Of a stretch of 64,000 bases of DNA, positions 57,124 through 64,000 are shown piece by piece (the stretch's first letter is position 1; every line of letters starts with the position of its first letter). Below the pieces are notes generated by a model. The model ran no database searches. It was not told the DNA's origin and saw only the letters and a list, made by a program, of their open reading frames with translations. The position numbers were made by a program, and so were the translations under genes. The stretch is from Felis catus (taxonomy: Eukaryota), in NCBI RefSeq assembly GCF_018350175.1, contig NC_058368.1, forward strand, positions 109,618,001 to 109,682,000, given 5' to 3'.

Positions 57124-57159
<36 letters not shown>

Positions 57160-58144
57160 CGTCTCCTGCTGTTTCTGTCTCTCTCAAAATAAACTTTAAA
57201 AAAAAATTGAAAATTTAAAAAAAAAAAGGAGAAAAATCTTTTGATTCAGTTTCTTGCTTTCAAAGCATGCAATATCTAAAACCCACTAAGGTCTCCTATT
57301 GGAAACTTCTGTAATATATGAGTTGATAATTACTTTCATATTTTTATGAAACAGAAGTACTTAAAACATTCTTCTGCTTAAAAATCAAAAACTCCAAGCT
57401 CTATGGAAAATCCTAATCCTAAATTCTCATCCCAGGATTTAAAACTGTCCACAGCTTTTTAAATTCTTACCTATTTCTATAAAACCTTCAGGGTTTATCT
57501 GAGCCTAAAAATAACCTACACACGTCCAGATCTACATATTTACTCAAAAACTAGTCCCTCTACTTAGAATATCCTTCCTTCTCCCTATTTCTAAACACAT
57601 CCATTTCAAAGTTCACTGCATACCCCACTTCCTCCAAAAAGCCCTCCAAGATTCCTCTGTCACTAAAATCACTTACTTTCCAAAGAATTTCTTTGTATCT
57701 CATCTGGCACTTAAGACTTGCATTACATTAGGATTATTTACTGATATTCTAGGGACTCTCCCTACTCATCTCCTTATTATAAGCCTCTAGAGAGTAAGAG
57801 TCACATAAACATCATTTCACTTACTCTTTAACCCCTGTGGTGATTAACACAGTGAGAGGCATACAAGACATACTCAAAACACGTGATGAGTTTCATAAAG
57901 GTCACAACTGTAGTGTTATTGCCCTAAGAGTCAGTGGTAACACTCACTAAAAGTTGGGTTTCAAAATATGATGTGGCCCATCATTTTCTATCCACAGATA
58001 GTCTCCCATTTCCTAAGACTTTCAGTTATATCTGATAACAATAAGAGAGTAGGTCTTCTTTATACTGTATTCAATATATTATCAATCCAATAAAGGCATT
58101 AATAGTGATATTAAATGAACTCTGTTGCTTTTAAAGCAATTTTT

Positions 58145-58374
58145 CTTTTTTTTTTTTTTTAATTTTTCTTTAACATTTATTTATTTTTGAGACAGAGAGA
58201 GACAGAGCATGAACGGGGGAGGGTCACAGAGAGAGGGAGACACAGAATCCGAAACAGGCTCCAGGCTCTGAGCTGTCAGCACAGAGCCCGACGCGGGGCT
58301 CGAACCCACGGACCGTGAGATCATGACCTGAGCTGAAGTCGGACGCTTAACCGACCGAGCCACCCAGGCGCCCC
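58145..58374 (-). mobile_element. CanSINE
   Basis: TSD ttaaagcaatttttct. Confidence 0.93.
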
Positions 58375-59455
58375 TTAAAGCAATTTTTCTACAAGAGTTT
58401 ATCTAAAAGTAAAACAACATATGTTCAAGAAAAAAAACCATACAGAAATGATCAATTTCTATTTTTACTTAAACCCTGTACTCTCAAATGTTCACCAAAT
58501 GTAAGTGCTAGACTGTAAAATCTCAGAATCATACTTGGCAAAGTGGGAAGGTGTAAAAACTGAGTATTTCAGTCTACAACATCCAGAAAGAAATGATCTG
58601 TTCAACAGAGCACTGTAAGACTGCTTTCATTTGCAGTACCTGAGGAAGCCAAGAGAAAAGAATACAAGTCCAAACTGCAAAATAAAAGCAATTTTTTTAC
58701 TTAAAAATGCATATACCACATTAAGCAAAAGTTTAACAACATTATACAGCAAAAGATCCTTGGAGTGCACACTAAAAGGAATTTCTCAGTAATTTCATCA
58801 TCATTTGCATATGTGAAAAAACGATGGTAACAAAGTATCCCGTTTCTTTTTTTTTTTTTAAGTTTATTTATTTTGAGAGAGAGAGAGCATGCAGTTGAGC
58901 AGAAGAAGGGCAGAGACAGACAGACAGACAGAGAGGGGATTCAAGCAGGCTCCAAGCTCAGTACAGAGCCTGATGCAGGGCTCAATCCCATGACAGTGAG
59001 ATCATGACCTGAGCTACAATCAAGAGTTGGTAACTTAACCCACTTTATTAACTCTAAATTCTGTTAATAAGGTTCCAGTTAAATGTAAACAGGAATACTG
59101 CTTTAAGAAGGTTAAGGCCATTTAAGGCTACTGCTCTTTAATAATAACTTAGAAGTTACAGGTTATTTATCATGGCACAAAGAATATTTACTTTGAAAGA
59201 TCAAACTGTAAGTAAGAAGAGTAAACATACTTTCAAAATATTTTCTAATTCAGACTTATAACATTCAGACAAAAGTCAGAAGGAATTTTGAAGGTTTTAC
59301 AATTGTCATTTTAAAAACTATCTTTCAGTCTAGACCTATACAACACATAAGGTACAATGTTAACACTCTTAGTTCATTCACCAATTACTTAACCAGAGCA
59401 TATACTGTGCCAGACACTGCACTAATGCTAAGGATATTAAAAATAAAAGTACTCT

Positions 59456-59925
59456 GGGGCGCCTGGGTGACTCAGTCTTAAGGTTAAGTGTCCAACTTTG
59501 GCTCAGGTCATGATCTCGCCATTCATGGGTTTGAGCCCCGCGTTAGGCTCTGTGCTGACAGCTCAGAGCCTGGCGCCTGCTTGAGATTGTGTCTCCCTCT
59601 CTCTCTCTGCCCCTCCCCCATTCGCGCTCTGTTTCTGTCTCTTAAAAATGAATAAACGTTAAAAAAATATTAGGGGCGCCTGGGTGGCGCAGTCGGTTAA
59701 GCGTCCGACTTCAGCCAGGTCACGATCTCGCGGTCCGTGAGTTCAAGCCCCGCGTCAGGCTCTGGGCTGATGGCTCAGAGCCTGGAGCCTGTTTCCGATT
59801 CTGTGTCTCCCTCTCTCTCTGCCCCTCCCCCGTTCATGCTCTGTCTCTCTCTGTCCCAAAAATAAATAAAAACGTTGAAAAAAGAAATTTAAAAAAATAT
59901 ATATTAAAAAATAAATAAATAAATA
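59456..59925 (+). mobile_element. Two tandem CanSINEs (a young copy in the tail of an older one)
   Basis: Heads near 59456 and 59673, with outer TSD aataaaagtactct. Confidence 0.9.
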
Positions 59926-60922
59926 AAAGTACTCTTCATCTCCAAGATTTGGGTGCAGCTACCCAGACTAGAGAAAGATGGCAGTAGGGAAGGAGGAAGG
60001 AAAGGGAGGAAGGCAAAAGAGGGAGGTTGGTTCTAAGCAGAGAGAACAAGTGCAACAGCCAAGAAGAGAGAGCACAGCACAACCAGGGAATAAAGGTGTA
60101 TCAAGTACAGGTGGAAAATAGGGTTGGGGGAGTACAAAATAAAAGTTAAGACTGGAGAGATACATGAAATCAGACCAGACCTGTGGGATTGTTTATCAGA
60201 TCTGGAAAATATAAAGAGACCTCTGCAAAGAAAATGAAATCTCCCAGATCTTGAGTGACGACTTTATTACATTAAAAAAATACTAAAACATAAAATTAGG
60301 TATGAACTCATTATATTTATAGCTCTTAAGTTTTACCTAACTGTAAAACAGAAACAACTTTAAAAATTAAATACAAAATAAAATTTAAAGTAACATTAAC
60401 ATAACATGGGGCGCCTGGGTGGCTCAGTCAGCTAAGCCTCCTACTTCAGCTCAGGTCATGATCTTGAGGTTCCTGGGTTCACATCCTGTATGAGGCTCTG
60501 TGCTAACAGTTCAGAGCCTAAAGCCTACTTCAGATTCTGCAAGATTCTCCCTTTCTCTCTGCCCCTCCCCTGCTTGTGCTCTCTCTCTCAAAAATAAACA
60601 TTAAAAACATTTTTTAAATAAAATAACATTTTATATATAAGATTATGATGTATTCATAATAATTCACGAACAATGTTGTAATCGATCCTAGAAATATGTA
60701 ATCTCAGGTCTAGTTTCATATTTACAAACCACTTCTACAATATGACTTCGATAATACTAACACAGGAAATGCTTATAAATATGTTATACAAAATGGATTT
60801 AATAATTCCAAGTATTTATAGTTGCTAGTTTAGGGAAATACAACCATATACTACCATGCCAGCTAGAGGTCCTTAAATATCAATTTTAAAACATTTTAAA
60901 AATTAAAAAAATAATAATAATA

Positions 60923-61362
60923 GGGGCACCTGGGTAGCTCAGTTGGTTAGGTGTCCAACTTCGGCTCAGTTCACGATCTCAAGCTTGTGAATTCGAGCCT
61001 CGCATCGGGCTCTGTGCTGACAGGTCAGAGCCTGAAGCCTGCTTCAGATTTTGTGCCCCTCTCTCACTCTGCCCCTCCCCCCATTCCTGCTCCGTGTCTC
61101 TCACTCTCTTTCTCTCTCTCTCTCTAGAATAAATAAAAAACATTAAAAAAAATTTTAAAGAGTCCTCACTTGCTGGGGCACCCAGGTGGCTCAGTCGGTT
61201 AAGTGTACGACTGGATCTCAGCTCAGGTCATAATCTTACCATTTGTGAGATTAAGCCCAGCATCAGACTCTGCACTGACAAGGACTCTGCTTGGACTTCC
61301 TCTCTCCCTTTCTCTCTCAAAATAAATAAATAAACTTTAAAAAAAAAAAAAAAGAATAAAAT
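60923..61362 (+). mobile_element. Two tandem CanSINEs
   Basis: Heads near 60923 and 61175. The second has TSD taaagagtcctcacttg. Confidence 0.88.
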
Positions 61363-62477
61363 AAAGAGTCCTCACTTGTTAACTTTTGCAATCTATCTTA
61401 TTTGTGGTTTAAGTAACTTAATTGAAATCTACAGTAAATGTGTATGTAGTATAATGACTGCTGAGATTTGGAACAAAACACTTATACTGTAAACAAACTC
61501 TTTCATATTGATTAATTACATAGATGGGATCCACCAGATACATCTCACAGTGAAGACATGACACTAACTACTATGCCAGGGTTTTTACTGGTTTGGCCTG
61601 CTTAAATTAACAACCTACCATGACACGATCCAGTTGTACTCACCTTCTTTCCTTGTCTGAACCACCACAAAATCATTAGTACAATGCATTATAACTTGGC
61701 ACAAACACAGTAATAAACAACATCTAAACACAGCAACAAACTCCCAAGGGAGTAGCTGGCTACAAAGCAGTGCTTCAGATGTTACAGAAGAATCCCTAGT
61801 TAGAAGAACAGTACAAAAAATGAAACACAACTAAAAAGTTTTAAGGGACAAAATCAGATTTATAGTTTAGAGGGAAGTCAGGAAGCAAACGAGAAGGGTG
61901 CTGCAATAATTCAGTGAAAAGTGAAAACCTGGATTAAGGCAGTAATACTAGGAATACAGATAATATAGAGACAGCATTTAAATTTAAAGATGTTAAGGAA
62001 GTAGACTCTTGGGGCCAGCCAGATGTGAGAAGTAAAACAGAGGAATCAAGGACAACTTGGAGGTTTCTGGAAAAGGCGATGACAGTGGTACATTACCCAA
62101 GGCAAGGAAAAGAGCAGGATTTGGGGGTGAGGGGATTGACTGAGAAGCAGTAGAAGAATTAATTCGTACATGATGAACACTCACAGAAACTATCTGATGA
62201 GCTTCCAGCCTTACCTCTCCCCCAGCTTTTCTGGAAATTTTTGCCCCCCTTCACCGTACCTTCAAGGTACAGGTGACCAGTGAAGTCTGAATCCCTAACT
62301 TAAGCTAAGCCAATGCCCAGACCACATCTGTTTTTTATGTATTTTTAAAATTTATTTATATCTATTCATACACATGCACACACACATTCCACAATCAAAA
62401 AACCCTCTACCACCACAGTAAATAGGGACCATGTAAACTAACATTGAATCCTAAAACAATAATCTCAACTATCCACC

Positions 62478-62800
62478 AGGGATCTGCTAAGACAGGAGAT
62501 GACCAGCTTTTTCAAAGCCACAGAGTAAATATTTTAGGCTTTGCAGGCCCTATGGTCACAGCTATTCCACTCTCCTATTGTAGCAGCAAAAGCAGCTACA
62601 AACAACACAGAAACAAATGGGTGTGTCGTCTGTGTCCCAATAAAACTTTATTTACAGACACTGAATTTGAGTTTCCTATAATTTTCACAGGCCACAATAT
62701 TTTTTTCCCACCATTTAAAAATATAAAAAACATTTTTAGCTCACAGGCCATACAAAAGCAGGCAGCACTGGGCCTACTAACCATAGCTTACTGATCCTTA
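62478..62800. mobile_element. MER58B-like DNA transposon
   Basis: gtaaatattttaggctttgcaggcc...ccaataaaactttatttacagacactgaatttga...ggccatacaaaagcaggc. Confidence 0.7.
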
Positions 62801-63561
62801 TGCTAAGGCAACACAGAACTGCCTTCCCTTAAAACTCCTTCCAGATGTCCTCTCAGTGTTAACCTTAACTTAAAACAACAGACAAGGAAAACAATCCTAG
62901 TTGACAGAACTGAAAATTTTCATTTGGCTTACCAAAGAACTCACTCCATTTGCAAGGAAGTCAACAGATGAAGGCCCACATACTTGCTGGTTTTGCCATT
63001 TACCTTACACTGTACTTGCCTAGCAACGTATGGTGTAAGTCTTGGAACAATGCTACCTTCCTCTCTCCTCCACAACAAACAGTTTTAGTTTTGTTGGTGT
63101 TTTTGTTGTTTTTCCACAACTATGTATCAGTTATCTCAGGGATGATCAAATTTAGTATTTAGCCCACAACTTTCAAATATGTGACAAAGCAGATCTAGCT
63201 AGACCAATTAAAGGATACCACCGTGTGAATCTGGACTCAGAGAACAAGGGCCTTTGGATGGAAATTGGGTTGTCTCTATTGAAGAGATGAGGGTATCTGC
63301 TGTTGTATGCAGATAGCTATATTATGTTAAAAAATACATATTCAACAGGGGCGCCTGGGTGGCTCAGTCAGTTAACGATCCAACTCTCGATTTCAGCTGA
63401 GGTCATGATCTCATGGTTTATGAGATCGAGCCCTGCATCAGCCTCTGCAATGACAATGCAAAGCCTGTTTGAGATTCTCTCTCTCCCTCTCTCTCTGCCC
63501 CTCTCTGCTTGCATGTGTGCTCTCTCTCTCTCTCTCTCTCTCTCAATGTAAATAAGTAAAC

Positions 63562-63565
<4 letters not shown>

Positions 63566-63604
<39 letters not shown>
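63566..63604. repeat. (TA)n microsatellite at a SINE tail
   Basis: About 19 TA units following the CanSINE at 63347-63565. Confidence 0.95.
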
Positions 63605-63614
<10 letters not shown>

Positions 63615-64000
63615 TGTGCATATATAAAAGTAGGACTGTGTGTGCACTAAATAGCTATGGGATGAATGAGGGGGACAACTATGTTTTAGAGTGCCCTTTA
63701 CTCCACTTCTCTCTGGAATGCTGCAGTTAGAGCATATAGGGTTTTTTTGTTTGTTTGTTTGTTTACTTATTTTGAGAGAGAGCATGCAAACACAAGAGAG
63801 AGAGGCAGAGAGAGACAGAAACAGCATGCGCATGTGCACATGCACGAGTACTGCGGACGGGCAGAGAGGGAGAAAAAAGAATCTTACAAACCATGAGATC
63901 ATGACCTGAGCTAAAACTAAGAGTCAAATCCAAGAGTTGGAAGCTTAAATGACTGAGCCACCCAGGTGCCCCAGTTAGAACATGTTATTACAATGTAGCT

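Noticed and set aside
62800..64000. AFF4 promoter or exon 1
   Set aside because: There is no CpG island or GC-rich first exon in the window, so it presumably lies beyond position 64000.

Overview
Mammalian genomic DNA from a cat-family (Felidae-type) genome, judged by the dense tRNA-derived CanSINEs and carnivore L1 3' ends. The whole window lies inside the AFF4 gene (AF5q31/MCEF, super elongation complex scaffold) on the minus strand. Six coding exons (exons 2-7 by human numbering, about aa 1-379) were located with canonical AG/GT boundaries. Non-coding exon 1 and the promoter appear to lie beyond position 64000, and later exons before position 1. The introns hold about 58 CanSINEs, many old and young L1 fragments, two MER58 elements and a full-length, TSD-flanked SF3B6 processed pseudogene. 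The most striking unexplained structure is a roughly 110-140 nt inverted repeat of apparently non-SINE/L1 sequence (36902-37040 vs 38831-38940) that brackets the start-codon exon. It could form a long-range pre-mRNA duplex controlling exon-2 skipping or circularisation. Other notable signals are a VSK-stop read-through with nearby polyA signals after exon 5, candidate poison and 5'UTR cassette exons, an AG|GT recursive-splice-like motif, an L1 micro-insertion with a 3' transduction tag, and an L1 5'UTR-only insertion. Gene and family identifications come from recall of known sequences, not database searches. Repeat boundaries are approximate unless TSDs are given.
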